DNA of 64,000 bases from Patiria miniata (GCF_015706575.1 NW_024037060.1:2792515-2856514), one strand, 5' to 3'. Positions 9,841-25,600 are shown, counted from the first letter of the stretch. Notes: a model not told the origin generated them from the letters alone. A program made the numbers and translations.

Positions 9841-12800
9841 CTGAAATTAGAGGAGAAAAATCATCTATGGCTTCATTATGCACTACGGAAACTTGGGTGT
9901 CAAACTCAAACGGCATGGTGTTTACCATTCGTGATCATTCTCAACGCCGTTTTAGATGTCTCGAAGAACGTTCGCCTCGTTCGCCCCGAACGCTTTGGTC
10001 TTATTCAGTGCGTCGTCAGTCTTCTGCAGGGAGTAAGATCTCAGTGGCATATTGCACATGCACTTCAGAACTTTCCACGGTGTTTACTTGAATTCAAACG
10101 GTGTGGTGTTTAATCACAGCCTAACCATTTGTCTAATATAGAAAAAAACGCTGCGTTCATTTCACATCGCCGTTTCAGCATTTTTGCAGTTTGCGTAACA
10201 TGTTCACTCAATACGCTGCAGACATCGTCGGTAGGGCTTAGGAGCGCCCGTTCGGCTTCAAAGGTGTCATAAGTTGATTCCCAACTTAAAGCAATTTCGA
10301 CTGTTCACTCGAACATAAAATTACTGAGTCTTGTATCAAGACAGTACACCATGAACTGTGAATTAATTATCAAATGGGCAGTCAGTATAACTGCTGTTGA
10401 CGTAAGGCTGTTTTAGAAGGTGCTTAGATACCTGGTATTCAGACGACATAGCTCGTCACCCTAGGATGGTAAAACATGCATATGTCTTGGAAGGGCAACA
10501 TTCTTTCTTGTTTTAATGTCATGCTCAGTTGGCAAACGTAGCCTTTATGGCTTAGTGAGTGACCGACATGAACTCCATTTTTAGCCATAAGGAGAAGAAT
10601 CTGCTGGGCCGATCGAAACTCTCAGACCCTTGGCGAGTTATTACCAACGCAGGCTTAGCGAATTTTCCCTAGATGCAACTGTACCCAACGCCTTAATCGA
10701 GTTTGTAAAATCCTATTTTGCACACTCAATTTGCGTCACTTGGCACAAAATAAATCTACGCTGCAGTGAACAATATCCACAGCTTTAGTGCAAGAAAAAT
10801 GAAGAAAAAAGTAATTGCCGCATTCGATCACGCTTGGTTTGCTCACTTCACGGCCGCGCCTCGTCAAACACCAAAGGGTCGTTCTTTTATCACCCCTGGA
10901 CTGAACCGTTGACTGAAATTGCTCCTAGCCATCTATTGCGTATTTGACTGAATTTAAGGATACGAATTTTTATTTATTAGCTTTTTTTCTGTCGAGTTTG
11001 TATTATCCGGTCTCAGGGGTAACTCATCACTCACCGGAGGCCGCAAGTTCAGATTCTGGAAATTCCCGAAGGATCCAGAAGAATTTACATTGTTTCGCTG
11101 CGAAGCTTGGTTACATTAGAACATTTTCCAATTCTTGCGGATCAACTTGGATTTTTTTTCAGAGCAGGTGGAAGTCTTTGCTTGGGAAATACTAAGCAGC
11201 TTTTTTTGTGGCTTTCCGCGCATTGAAATTACGATACCGCCTTGAAATTAGCATATGGAACTATGGAAGACAGAGTTCAAGAATTCGGAGTTCGGGCACA
11301 ACTACAGGGTGGTGCAAAAAGAAGGAAACTCACTTTTGACAGGAATTTTAACCTACTTACTTTACTTATTTGAACAGTTTTGTTTTTTTATAATGTAGTG
11401 AAATACAGCTCTCCAACCATACGTGCTGAAAAAAAATCTTATAAAAAATGGCAAGAATAGTGTTACTATGCTAATTTGAATACAAGTCACCAAAATCACT
11501 GTTTTCCACGTGTAAGTCTAGTGTAGTGTTTTTTTTTGTCTTCAAATCAAGCTCCGGAGCTCAGTCAATGGGATGAAATAAAGTCGTCCGTGGGCAAATA
11601 GGTTTGGCACACGAAATTCTTAAAATACCATATATTTCAGAGACAAAATATGCTTTTCCAATTTTTTTTCCCGTCAATTATGTTTAAAGATCAACATTTT
11701 AATATCAGTAATTGACTTTCTGAAATATACTCAACAAGTAGGTGACAATTGCACCACCATGTACAACAAGATAAGCCATGCTACACTTTTATTTTTTGGC
11801 ATCCATAAAAGTTGGAAAATACACGTACGTCTCTAATGTCGTGAATGAATGCATCATTATGTTATTAACTTCAAATGTCACATGTGCATTATGTTATTAC
11901 CTTAACATACTACTTGTGCAGCAGTGCATGCAATACAGTCATGTTCATACATAATTATTTTTGGCCAGATAATACTCGACAATAATGTTCTATCCAATGA
12001 TGAACGGCTAAAGACCAACGAACTGGAACACAAACGGTAAAGCAGCAACTTCATAACTTTCCAAGATTTCCACCATATTGCAATTCAACACAATCCTGCC
12101 CTATTCCATCCGTTAATTGTTCATCAATTTAAAGTGCGTTTATTTTGACAATTAAGTATACAATTTCTGGAAAAATAAATGGCTTTGAATTCCTGGGTCC
12201 GGAACCAAGTACATGTACTTTGAGTCATTCATCAAGAGATGGTGTAGTTACCTGAACAGATAAGTCACGTCATACAGAACTCAACACAGCGTGCTTTAAT
12301 ATACATTGCTCCTTGGTCTACTGGTTATAGATACTTAAAAGGAACTTATGGTTTGGCGTTTTATATTAAAAAAAGATGACTCGTTATATCGAGTTTATTA
12401 CAGAGGCAAGACATTGTGAGTAATTCTTGCAAAATCTAAATCGCTAAAGCTTACACCAATATGATGGAAAGTATTAAAATTTAGAAATATTGGTCATCTC
12501 TGCCTTTTTTATTGACACTGCCTTATACAAAACTATTTACATACTCATTTTTTAAAATTAAATAATGGCTATGACCTAACATTTAAAAACCACCAATTTG
12601 GAGCGATACTTATAATTATTACGAATAAAAAATAAAATAAGCTAGACTCTTGATGATAATGTTTGCTTTCTGAATACAATATGCCATTTTTTTCCCCAAT
12701 TCTGCAAGCATTCAAGAGTTTTTATTGTTTACCGTGTGTGGCAATTTTGTTGCATTTTTTTTAAAATTGATTAAAATTTTACAAGGTAAGAGGCTCAATG

Positions 12801-15800
12801 AATGGCGATAATTTACAAAGACATCTCTACACTGGTTTAGCATTTTATTGTCTTCAAAAATATATTCAGTGACCTGTGGCCTCGTATTTAAGCTGTCTCA
12901 TCAATACAGCTTTTGCATGGCTTTTCTAAACGATTGTCTAAAACTCCCCCCCCCCTCCCCCGAAACTGTGTCGGCGATCAAAGAAACGGGCGTTTAAGAC
13001 TTCGCAGGTGTGCCATATAATTCCCCAAATTGAATCGCCTTATATATTTTTTTCAATTTGAAGTGACAATTTTAATAAATTGCCCTGTCATTGAAACTGT
13101 CATAGGACCTACACGGGTGACAACAAGCTTCGCGGTTATTGAAGCCTTCTTGGCAAGGCCGCACGGACATAAACTCCTCGTCTGAACTCACTATGTGGCC
13201 TGGATACTTGTGATTAAAATTCGACCATGCATCGCCCGTGGCCCCTTGCTACTTCTGGGGCAGAGAACCTACACGGTGATGCTTGGCTGAGAGCGAATGA
13301 TGTCATCAAAGCGTGAGCTCGTGGTGGGATGTAATAAGGAAAAAAACTGGTAACATTTAATTACATGAGGTATTAAGTATAATGTAAGAGGACGTATGGG
13401 CTTGATCGACTGTGCGTTTCACTGTGGCACAGAATACGCGCGTGTAGGAGCGTAGTGGGATTTGGAGGCGAAACTTGCTGCAATCTTTGGTGTTGATACT
13501 ACTGAATCATACTTTTGTACACGACAGCTACAGAGCCCGAAAGTTCACCCCCGGTGGCGCGCGTCTGGAACCATTGAATAGGAAAATCCACGTGCAAAAA
13601 TTCTAAACTTTACAATTATTTTTGGTACATTGACTTCTTAAGCAATTCACCCTCGGAAAAGGCCTTTGTAAAATTGTTACAAGCACCTCAATGTATGGAA
13701 ACTGAACAATGGCCTGACGTGAAAGAGAAATATCGTGCCAAAAATTGACCTCTCACTTCCAAAAATCAAAAAATACATGTGGACTAGTATAGTAGAACTC
13801 GGTGTAGGCCTACTCGTACAAAGATGCAAAATTCTGAAATAATTTTGTGGCTGTCGTTTGGGTGAAAACTGAAACTTAAATAGAAGACTAAAATGTCTTT
13901 TAGGATATATAAACTTTTTAAAATAAACTTGAAGGCTGTAGGTAGATAAATCTTTGCGTCGTTATATGTTTTCGTTCTCGCGCAAGTACGCGATGTGAAA
14001 ACAAACGCTGAAGAAGAAGGAGACCTAGGTACGAAAATGTCTGATGTGAAAGGTCGTAAGCCTCGTTTTTACCGATCTCCAAGTGATTTCTCGTCATTTT
14101 TTCTTGAGGAATACCAAGATAAAATTCTAACATCATTGTTTCTTGGGATGATTACGGTTAGAAATCATTCTGTCAAAAGTATAGCAAGAAAAAGGGAACC
14201 TAGTGCACAATGCCCATAGGTATTTTATATTTTCTTCTCATGTTTTTAGATTCCAAATCGCCAAAGCGTACACCAATATGTGGATATCTTTTGGGAGAAA
14301 AAATTCGCAGGCGAGCAGCACGAGAGTTCTGGAAGCTCGCCGCGTGACTTTTTGCTTTTAGGGTCTATTGAAACTATACCATTTTGAGCGTTTTCTTAAT
14401 TGATACATGTGTGTTCATACACAGCACACACAATTATGGGTTATAGTTTAGGAATCATCAGTAAATTCCAGATGAAATTTCATAATGCTCTAACAGCAGA
14501 CCTTTTTTACAAAATTCTATATACCCAATGGCCACAATAAAATGTTAATCCATCACAATTCTTAATTGAAGGTTGGCGACGGAGACGGCCTTTGAAGTAC
14601 TAAAATCGCATGAAGGGCTGACTAAAAATTAATCCACATGCAGATATAGTCCAAGAATCCGAGATTCTAATTTTGTTTATCATTTTTCTACAATAAGTTA
14701 TTAGAAACGTGTTAGAAAGTCTCGATTTACACTTTTTAATGTTATGCGATATCGGAATTTCGGCCGGGCATTTTGGCGCAATCTTGCAAGGTTATCTTGT
14801 CCCCATCGGCGCTGTTCAGGGGAACATTCACCTCCTGGTTTTATCTCTTTCAAGAAAGTATTCAGTGTGTGTCAATCGGCGGGCCTAAATATCACAACCG
14901 TAAATCGATCAAATATGTAACTTTGAGGAATACAACCTACCCTGGGGGTACACGTGGCTTGCAGGTTTTGGTACACTCTACGCAACCCCACAGCACCGCA
15001 CGGTATACCCTCGACAACTGACCCAAAATTTGCTACAGAATGTCAAATTTCAACATCAAAGAGTTACCAAGGTAACATCCTAGAAGCATTTGGGTACGTT
15101 GCCCAATAGCAGGCTCAGAGGGTTTGGCTCGACTCCGCTTGTATATTTTTTTTGGAATAAACAAGAGTGACTTATTTTTTTCTTTCGTCCGGAGATGTTA
15201 ATGGTAACATTGTGTTTAGACGTATCATTATAAAATTTTGACCAAAAAATTAATTGAAATCTTGCTCGGGAGGAACTCAAATTCGAGAAAACTCGTCAGC
15301 AAAGACACCCAAAAATGTAAATGTACTGAATTGCAGTTGGTCATGTATTCGTTCTGTCTTTGTTCATATTTGTCACTTTGCACGCATTCATTGCTTACAG
15401 TAAAACCACTCCTGTCTTCAGACATGCATTTCGGGGCAAGTGCGTTCAACATGACACAAGCAGTTTTCTTTTTTTTTTTTCAAAAAGAGAACAATTTCAT
15501 CGACAGGGCACTAAAAATAACATGTAAGCAAAACATTGAAGGTAATTTCAAACAGTATTTCTCGCCTCGTCGCATCTTGATGAAACAAAATTGCCCTTAA
15601 CATCTTTTTGATCTAGGCCTACAGGTTCGCAAAATATCTTGGTAAGAAGCCACGTCTTAACCTAGAACAGAGCCATCAAAAAAATAAGGTTGTTGTGTTA
15701 GATTTTGTCAAAGACAAAACATAATTTCTATGTACGAAATGGGAAAAAGTAATCGACTTGAACTTGGATTTGACAGTTAAGTTATGGTTAGAGTTCAAAT

Positions 15801-17995
15801 GAATTGTAACGTTATCCGGCTGTAGAGAGACCATATCATCATAGTGTTTTTTATCAGTCTTAGTCCTTAGCTCCAGCTGAAGTGATTCCTGCATAATATG
15901 TGAACCAAAGGGATTTCCCTCTCGACTATAAGCGAGGACCTATCAAATATTATTAAAGAGCAAAACCATAAGAGCCGGAATAGAATGTATTCAACGTGCC
16001 ATCTTCGCCCCTTGCTGCTCCATTGCTTGTCTTATAAGCCGTGGGGATATAAAATGGATAGAAAGTGCAGAGCTCTATGTCAGCTCGCCGTCCAATAACT
16101 CCTGACAGCTCTGCGGGTCCATTCGTCAATTTGGGTCCCAGGCTCCGGGAAATTATTACCCCCTAAAATAAATGGCAAATGTCGCGCAGATGAGTCCGTC
16201 AGCTGTTCGGGAACATTGCCAGCACATTTCAAAATCAGCTGGCTGGAAAAACAAAAATCCACCTGATATTAACAGATGTGCAAAAGGTAATTTAGAAAGG
16301 TGGTAGAAATGAGTTCTTCTCACGCTATTAACCATCTACCTGAGCTGTAAAGTCATCCGATTTTTAATGAATTCTTCGAATCAATGGAGCTGTGCTGTTG
16401 ACTCATTATACTCTAAGAATTAATTGTGGGTAGTGTTAGGTTGATTCAGGTTAAAGAGAGAGTAGATATGTAGAAACTTAAAGGATCCATGAAGTGATTT
16501 TTTCTTAGGAACACATATTGTGCACACTTCTACTCCTCTTAAAAACTAAAAGTGTACTTCTTTAAACACTTAAAATTATCCATGCTGTTCCGGACAACTG
16601 TGGGCGCTGTTGCTGTGATGTCATTTCAGGAAGACACTGTTCAGTTATGGGGTTTTCTGTTCAAATTGTGAACCCAAAAATTTGCTCATGACATTGAAAA
16701 CGTTTGTGAGAACTGCGATGTACTGACACTTCAACGAATCACCAAAGAAAAGAAAATTCACGACAGCAAAATATCCCAAATTCTGACAACTTTTGGTGCT
16801 GAAATAACTGTAACACAAAGGTTTCTGCCTGAAATGACATTACAGTTTTGCTCATGAATATGGAAATTTGCATTAGCATAAAAATCAAAATGGCACCCCA
16901 AAAACCTCGAAAATGGCAAAATGAAAATTGAAATAAGGTTACATGGGACATAAAGATGCATTTTCAAGGATTGTATTTAAAAAAATTAAATTGCAACATC
17001 TCCTTTATCTCAAGAAAACGTCGAAAACAGCCTGAATATAACAATAAAAGGAACGAGACCCGATTCCCGACAACATCTAAATTTCTTAGAAACAAAGATT
17101 CTACATGCGCCAATTCACAAAGCTTTTGTTTCTTCGATATTAAACGATAAAATGCGAAGCGCAAATACCCCACCACTCTTTAAGGAACCATCTGGTTTTA
17201 CAGCATCATAATCCTTACAAATTAAATTCCACATTTTAATACATATGTATTGAGTATTCAGTGAAATAAACTACCACGGTTATTTTCAGTAAGTCCAAAT
17301 AAAATAAGCCGTGAAGCATGCGGATTTCAAATTCCTGAGTCGGTGCACTTTATGATATTGCTTTCTGGCGAATAAAAATGAAATGAAAATGCCATACAAA
17401 GAGTTGTGTGTCTCTAAGTCTTGTGACAAGTAGGCCTCGTTAAACCATGTCAGATCTTTTTATGCCGATTTTTCATTGTCTACCTATATGTGTAAAAATC
17501 CATCAAAGTTGTCACAGTGGCATTCTAAAAGCATGGTGGAACAACAGTATTGTTGTTGTTGAAAGAGTTGGCAGACATTGAAGTAAACCGACTCGGTTTT
17601 TCAGACATTTTTGGAAGGCAAAAACGGTGGCAAAAACATCGCCTACAGATAAAAATCAACCAAGTGTATCCTCATGCGTTATCTCCTCTGAAAAAAACAA
17701 CCCACTTCTGTTTAATCATACGCTATAAAAGCGGGCTGGAGACCTTTCCATATCAAGTGAAAGCACATCTTGAAAAGCAGTTTCATCAAACTCCAATGAT
17801 CAGTCATCTATTTCTTGTGTGTCTCTTAATCTTATGGATTTTTTTTGGGGGGGGGGGCGGGGGGGGGCTACAGTTTCTAATTCATTCATTCATTCGTTAG
17901 ACAGGCATTTGCCCGTGTTCTCCTCCTCAAATTTTACACAGTTGGGATCACTGGCTCCGCTCCCACCACGGTGACTGCTCTATGTTCCGACACCC

Positions 17996-18112
17996 CTATG
18001 TTCCGACAACCTGCACATAAGATCGTGTTCCTCTCAGTTAGGGTTAGGGTTAGGAATAGGAATATGTGCAGTCTGAACATAGGGTGTTGGAACATAGAGG
18101 TGTAACCCCCAC
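17996..18112. repeat. A short hairpin element whose loop carries an interstitial telomeric motif (TTAGGG x 2.7). The arms are about 40 bp, reading CTATGTTCCGACACCCCTATGTTCCGACAACCTGCACATA, with the second arm as a reverse complement.
   Basis: The inverted arms and GTTAGGGTTAGGGTTAGG at 18036-18057 are seen directly in the sequence. Confidence 0.7.
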
Positions 18113-19265
18113 CACAACCCGTCAGTTCCTAAGCTCGATGTAATTCGTCTCACGCCACAAATCCGATATTCCCTTTGTAGTTCCACAAAAAACTGTAAAA
18201 GGTCCTCCTAGAAAAGATCCCAAGTGTCCATCTTGGGTCCCCATTTCAAAAATCCCAGCTACGACACTGCCCTACGATAGCAATGGGTCATATGGGCCTA
18301 TAAGGTCATGTTCAAGTGGTACGATTCTCTATAGTACACGAAAACCGTTGACATGGGACGCAGTATATGCAACATGGCGAACGGACAGGGTGAATATTGG
18401 CGGTCCAGCATACAAGCCCAGTTAGTTTATGGGGAAATTGTTTGACAATAAAACCCATTCCCTAGCCTAATACGTCTTTGTGCTTCACAGTGAGGATTAT
18501 TGTGCAAGTGGATTGCGTTAGTGAAAAAAACTACCGCCGGCAACAGGAAAAGCTTTTTGGACTTGGGTCAAATTTCTCTTGCTTTTCAGGCAACTTGCTT
18601 TTTTGACAGCAACGGGAAAGCACATGAGGGAAATGGTACAAGAATGAATGTAATCTTGAACAAGTGATCCAGATGTCCACGCCAGTGCCACGCATTTATA
18701 GTAATCATGATGCCAACTTCGTAATTTATAACCCCTAATTTTTGTTATTATTTCCCATAACCAAATTTCAATTCGTATGTTTTGCTTTAGCTAAAAAATT
18801 CCTTTGTTCCGATTTGGGGCGTCTGCAACCCTCTCAAAAGGGGTTTTTTCAGTTTGTGCACCAATAAGCCGCCTTGCAAGAGCCGATGCAGCCAATAATT
18901 TGAATTTTGTGAGGAAATAATTTAATAACTAAACGTCGGTGGAGTTTTTTCGTTCAATGTCTCATTCAGAAATGAATATCCTTTATATAGCCAGAAAAAT
19001 AGCAATGGAAAGAAAAAAATGTTTTTGAGGTGAAACTCGCAAAAATCAAGAGTCATCTTTAAAAAAAAATCCAAAAAAATATAAACAATATAAAAATAAA
19101 CAAACACATTTCCAAGCGTAAATATCTGTGAAAATTACGCTCCTGCCTATTATGGCTATTTCGTTTATGGATATTGCAAACCGTGCATTAGCATAACAAT
19201 GAGAATGTCGAACTGCCTACAAATGGCAATACAAGGATTACAAAGTAGAAGTAAATGAAACTTAA

Positions 19266-19637
19266 GGCCAAAAAAAAGAGTCTCCGGTTTCTGGTATGCG
19301 CGCGCGTCGCCGTAGCCATGCGCGTCGGCAAAATGAAAAAAAGGTTTTTTTTCAATGACAGATGATGTCTCAAAACCGCCAAACTCACTGGTTTGACTGG
19401 AATCCTGCTGCTGCACAATTTGAACGTGTTTTTAGATGGGGTTGTGATCGAGAATAAGCTTTATGTGGCCTCTCTGGACTCCCATATATTTGCACTAAAT
19501 TTAGTCGGGCACCATTTGCAGTCATCAGCCGACATTTGAAGCAAAAAAGTCCGGTAAAAAAAAAAAAAAAAGCCGCGTCGCCGCACCACTTTTTGGACAA
19601 GCTCCATACCAGAAACCGGAGACTTTTTTTTTTGGCC
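19266..19637. mobile_element. MITE of about 370 bp with 33-bp TIRs (GGCCAAAAAAAAGAGTCTCCGGTTTCTGGTATG). It belongs to the same family as the element at 44614-44954.
   Basis: The TIRs lie at 19266-19298 and 19605-19637. The flanks read cTTAA / TAAag. A GCGCGCGCGTCG internal block is shared with the second copy. Confidence 0.75.
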
Positions 19638-22600
19638 TAAAGTGAACTTTCAGGAATTAATACAGAAATTTATTCTATTAGGCCTACACCGCTTTATTGT
19701 ATTGTTAACGCAGTGCTCATTCTCGCGTTCAAATCCGGCTTTTCAAATTTCCACAATGTGATCTGGCCTTACTTTTCAGTTTTGCCCAAAAAAATGTTAC
19801 ATCTGAATACATTTGGCTGATTGTTGGTACCAATCACTTACATTCAGCTTTCCATTCATAAAAAAAATGCTTTCGAAATAAAGTGCATAGGCGGTTTCAT
19901 TTTCAAGTTCCATGTGGTAGTTGGAGCGAGGAAACGTGTCCCACATAGGGTGTCGAAACCGGAATTCCTCGGTTGTTGTACCGGTTTCGATACTCACTCA
20001 CTTGATTCCTAATCAACAATTTGCGATCAACAGACTGAATGCTAAGAACTGATCTTTTAATCTATGATGTGGCTTTTAACATGAACCAAATTTATCACAA
20101 AGTGAAGGTCGGGGGTTTTGGTCCCCGTTTTTTTCTCTTGCACAACGTTCATCAAATAATTATGATGAAATCAGTTGGTCTATTTAAGTCGCTAATGACA
20201 ACTAGAAAGCAGTCAGAGAGCGCAAACCTCCGCCAAGGCTAAACAATTCCCCGCCATATTGTCAGTAGACCCAAAAGAAATACTCGTATAAATGGTGAAG
20301 AATCCTTAAGAAATCCTGGATCCAGACCCAGATCCGGATCACTTCCAAAATCTAATCGATTTGTATAATTGTACCAAGGACCACCCCTAAAAATATTCAT
20401 TCGAATCTGTCCATTACCGTTTGAGTTATCTTGTTAACAGACAAACCAAGTACCAACCAACCAACCGACCAACAAAATCCGATGAAAACATAACCTCCTT
20501 GGCGGAGGTAATTACACTTGATACAATCGATACAGATTAATACATTTTTTGTAATACCGTCGAGAAGATTTAAGAAATATAACAATTCACATTCCAACTT
20601 AACAACTATAGTTGAGGTTGTTCAACCCCACATCCTTAACCTAGAAAACCAGTTTTGGATTCGCCGGTGTCAATCTTTAACGGTCATGAAGTCTTTATCC
20701 CTTTCTGTCTGATTTGCTTCACAAGAGCAAGCCACTTGAAGCACATCAGTCTCAAGGACAATGTACACATACAATTATTTTCACAGGTGTTTATGTGGAG
20801 ACTGGAGCAGCAGTCAATATTTCTAATTGCGGTTAAGTTCCCTGCTCATGGACACGTATAGGGCCTATGTACATTTGAGCTCGAACCACAATTCTCATGC
20901 ATGTTCTATAATGAACAGAACTTACCATAATTGCCCGACACTGCGAAAAGGATAAATCCGTTTGGTTCCAAACTGACTGATGATTAATTGTTCAAAGACA
21001 CACTTCAAGTTGACATGGTATAGTGAGCTCAGCGCAGTGCACTTGCTCTTGGATTGAAGATGTACACGTCAGAAGACCAAATTCAGAGAAGGAATGCCAA
21101 ATACACGAAAATTGAATACAAATTCACATGTATCATGTACAGTTGCGCCACATCCCTCGGGCGTAACCCCACAAAACCACAACCTTGTGGTGTTCAGAAA
21201 TTCATGTTCCGCCGCTGGGATGGAACGTACTTTGTATTTCCCCGAAAAAGGAAAAGAATCATCTCTTTGCGAATGGCTATGTGCTATACGCGCAATTTGT
21301 GGCTATGGCTATAGACTTGGCGTCAATCGACTGACAACCAAAAAGCCAAAATCCGAAGTCATAGACATCCAAATTAACCCACTTCATGAACATTTGTTAT
21401 GACGATATACTACAAACTACAATACATGTACTTCAAATGGGCATTCGTGGCTCCTGACCTCAGTGGCGCACCCGGGGGGGGGGGGGGGGGCCTCGGGGCG
21501 GGCTCGGGCTTGAGCCCCCCCCCCCAAGAGGTTGACTTTTTTTTTTTTTTTTGGTCCTACGATTTGGCCTTGGTGATATGAATGTGGCCTGTTTTCGAGT
21601 AGTATAATAGGGGTGTAAGAGGCGTCACCAAAGTCAAAATAGGCCGCCCCTCAAAAAAAAAAAAATTGTAAAAAAAAAAGTTGGCTGCTGCTTGAGACTG
21701 AACCTTTGTCTGGAATTCAATAACCATATGACATTGCGCCAGTCAAAACTGTTGATGGCTCGATTCGAAACACAATTTTTTTGGTGAGGATAAAATGACT
21801 GTTTGGGGGCACTGTGCGAATTCAGAACCACTAGTGTTTGTTTGCAAGGGTACAAACTTTGTTTAGTTATTTCAAGGGGGAATTGCAGAAATAGTTTCTG
21901 GAATGTTTTCGTTGGAAGCGAACATTTGACAAGACTGCATGTACAACAACAACCCAATGCATTTGTGCCTTGATGACAACTCCAGGTCTGTGCGAGTAGT
22001 CTTGCCCGGGAATGGCAAAAGTGTAACGACCTCAACTCTGTCAACGAGGTGAATTGAACTAACTCAGTCTCTGGTTCATGGGGGGAAAACCTCGCTTTAA
22101 ACAAGTGGAATTTCTGACTGTAAATTGTCGTGACGATTGGTCATGAATTGTCACGGCAAACTGCAATATTTATGAAAGTATGTTGATTGTGTCTTGTTTT
22201 GAGTAACCGACATTTGTAAGGATCATCTAGTCTTGTGCTTGATTAAGGGTCCAGAAGTGCCTGGAAGCTAGTACTTCAATTTTCAGCCTCACTCGATATA
22301 GGACTACATCTTATAGTCTTCGTATTAAAAAAAAATGTCATGGTGATTCGGTGGTTCTATAGTTCGGTTATACCAAAGTCACGAAAAGAAACCTTTCAGT
22401 CTCCTGAAGACGGCCAGAAGAGGCTGCCCAAATCGTTGGTAAGAACACTCCCCTGTCTTATCATATCTTCCACGAGCAATGAGCCCGTTACTTGCGACGC
22501 TGGCTACTATCTCGGTCGACCATAGCCCCCAGTTTTATGAATTTTGCATTGAACTGTATTGGTGGAAGCCTAGCGATCGCTGAAAAAATATTATTAACAT

Positions 22601-25600
22601 CATCTTCATTAGGATTAAAAAAATCTTAAAATGACCTTGGACCGAGCTCATTACCGTATATCGAACAAAAAAGTAATATTGTGATTTGTGGTCCTTGAAC
22701 TTATCAGATTGTAGGCTCGTCGTAAGGCGTAAGCGCATGCATAATACGCCCCTATTATGGTGAACAATAGCCACTGGAGAAGTCGACTGATAGGCTAATC
22801 AAATGCACAAACAAGAATATGTACAAGTAACAAGACAATATCGTTATAAGCAAAAGAAAAAAAAACGGGAACAATACATCCATGATGAAAGGTGATATTT
22901 TCCAAGGTTTTACCCTGGGGGCTGGGGGAATAATAAGTTTCTTCTAAGCATTTTCTGTTTAGAGAAATATTGCCCTTTCTATAAATGAACTTCAGCGTGA
23001 ACACAATTCACGCTTCTTCTTCTTCTTGTTACGCTGATCAGTCAACTTGATCAACACTCACAACAGGATTGTTGTGGGGAAGTCTAAGTTTAGGTGTGAT
23101 AGGAGAGCTGCTTTGAACTAAGCAAGGTGGGAGATGGCTTGAATGCGTTTGGGAATGCTGTTCCATTCCCTGGCTGGCTTCTGGAGCTGGCTTCGGGAAG
23201 GAGTTCAGATGAACTTGAGATTGCTACAATGTGACTGTGGGCATGTTCGAAATGAATTACTGACTGTAAGTCGATCCGACGGAGTGCACAATGCCACATC
23301 ACTCGGGATTTTAAGACAAATTGGTACACTATTTGTCCCTGCCATACGATTAGGGAAAGATCAAACAAAACTAGACTTTTGATTAAGAATTTGTGAAGCC
23401 AACAAGCCACAAGGCCAAATAAAACTGAAGCTGTAAACTCAATATGTGTTTAACTGATCTCCAGGTCCTTTCAATTTCTCACAAAGTGGCAAAGTTTAAC
23501 TGCTCAAGGGTGTAAATGTAGTCACATGGGACCCAATTATTGAAATCCATACCCCTCCAAGGTCTCCAATATTGTTACAAACAACCCGATCGCGATGCAT
23601 GAATGTGAAACAGGTGAAGGAATGGGTATCGGTCCCTGAAGCGGTCATAATATGCTTACAGCTTTACTCGAATTCGTAAAACACAGCTGCAAATCAGCTC
23701 TGAATATTGCAGGCATATCTGGCCTTGCCTTGGTGCACCCTAAAAACAACAGACCGGGCTTGGTAAAAATTACTGACCATGTGTTGTTTTGGGGCTTGTT
23801 GAGAACTAGCTCTTATAAATGTAGTCATGACCGTAAAACGCACAATAAGTTTTCACCAAAATCCCATACGGCGTAGATTTGCCAGTCGATTACCGCAACT
23901 AGAAACATTTATTTTGACTTCAAACCCTTCCTATCACTTACCAGTCAATAATCAGGTTTTCGGGTAAATCTTGCTTCAGTTTTTAAAGAGCATAGCATAC
24001 AATGGGTCACTGACCATGAGGAGAAATTTACGAGCAAAATTCCTAAAAAAGAAAAGCTTATTGGTTAGTTGGGGGGGGGGGGAGTAGTTAAAGCAGTACC
24101 CCTTTTCTCAAGGTAATTTTGTGGAACCTTCAACTATGCCAAAGCTGGTTTAAGAATAACCATTAATTCTTCTATAAAGGTCAGTTATTTAACAGACTGA
24201 TGCAAGGCTGGCATTTAAACAAATAAACTCAGAAACCGGTCTGAAGCACAACTTGACTGTAACTACTTTTGAGTTTGTACAAACTATTGCTTAAAAATGT
24301 AATCTGTCTGATTGGACAAATATTCTGCAATGAAAAAGACAACCAAAGATACGACTCAAGAACAAACTAATAGATGGACGTGCCTTTAACATGAGAAGGG
24401 ACAAAACATTAATGATATCTGTCAACAGGAACCGGTGCCTACAAAAGGTCAAGAACTTGGAAACAAAAGGATGCTGACAGTCCGAGAATGAAAGCAAAGA
24501 AAGGATCTTGCATTATCAAGGTCTCAGTGACTTTTGTTTCCGCAGCTGAGAACAATACTATCGTTCGCAGTGACGAACAGGCATGTGCAATTTCCAATCG
24601 CAATGAACAAATTAAAATTTCATTCGGAAAAAGTGCTACCGAAGACCAGCTCCTTAAATCCATCAAAGTTGTTTCAAAGTCTTGAGATCAGGCCTAAATA
24701 TCAAATCAAATGTCAATATTCTCTGACGGCATAATATGTATATACAATGATCACATTAGTTTTTAATTAATCAATGAATCAAACACTTTTAATCAGTAGT
24801 TCTTGATAAAAAACAAACGATTTACAATACATGTAAAATGTAAAACACTTTGCCCAAATTAGGGACCGTGGACAGTGTAATTTGAATTTTATTTAGGTGA
24901 CACACAACAATTGGATAAGAGATATTGCTTTCGCTGGCATGCAGCAAGCGTTCGAACTCCTCTTTAATCATACGTCAATAATCGAGTCGAGCAGGGAAGT
25001 TCGGTCTCTTCATTGGAAGAACCAAGATTAGAAGAACTGACTGAATCCCTCCTCTGTATTTTGGCATAGTTTTGGTCTAATAGTTTTATCCATCAGTACG
25101 TTTTCAGCCGTAGGGGCGCGTCGAACAAAATAAACTGACTGTCACTGCTGAGCCTGCCAAGAGGTGACATGATGGAGCACCGGACAAGGTCAAGTCCAAA
25201 CAATAAAAATAACAGACTTACGGGGGAAATCAGCAGACAGTGCAAAGATCTTGAGGAATAAAAAGGTTTCCACAAGCCCCGCGCCACGTGTGACTGTCAC
25301 TCACAGGATCACAGCGAGCAACGCTTGATTGCCGAAACGAGAGATTAAAAAAAAAAACCGACACGGAATGAAAAGAAGGAAGGGTTAAGTAGACCATGGA
25401 GCTATAGCTCCATGAGTAGACCAAGATGGTCATCGAGGGGTGGGGTATAAACGCCCTGAATAAATCCTGTCCATATGGGCGTCGCCAGGATTTTTTCCAG
25501 AGGGGGCAAAGCACATTTTCTCCACGAGATCCCTGTACTTTTCCAGCATATTCTCGATTCATCAGTTTTCGAGGGTGGGCAGCAGGACATTTGCCCCCCC

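Noticed and set aside
21634-22104. A 156-aa minus-strand ORF.
   Set aside because: It has no domain signature and no splice context. It is flanked by poly-A/poly-T and G/C tracts, so it is probably non-coding.
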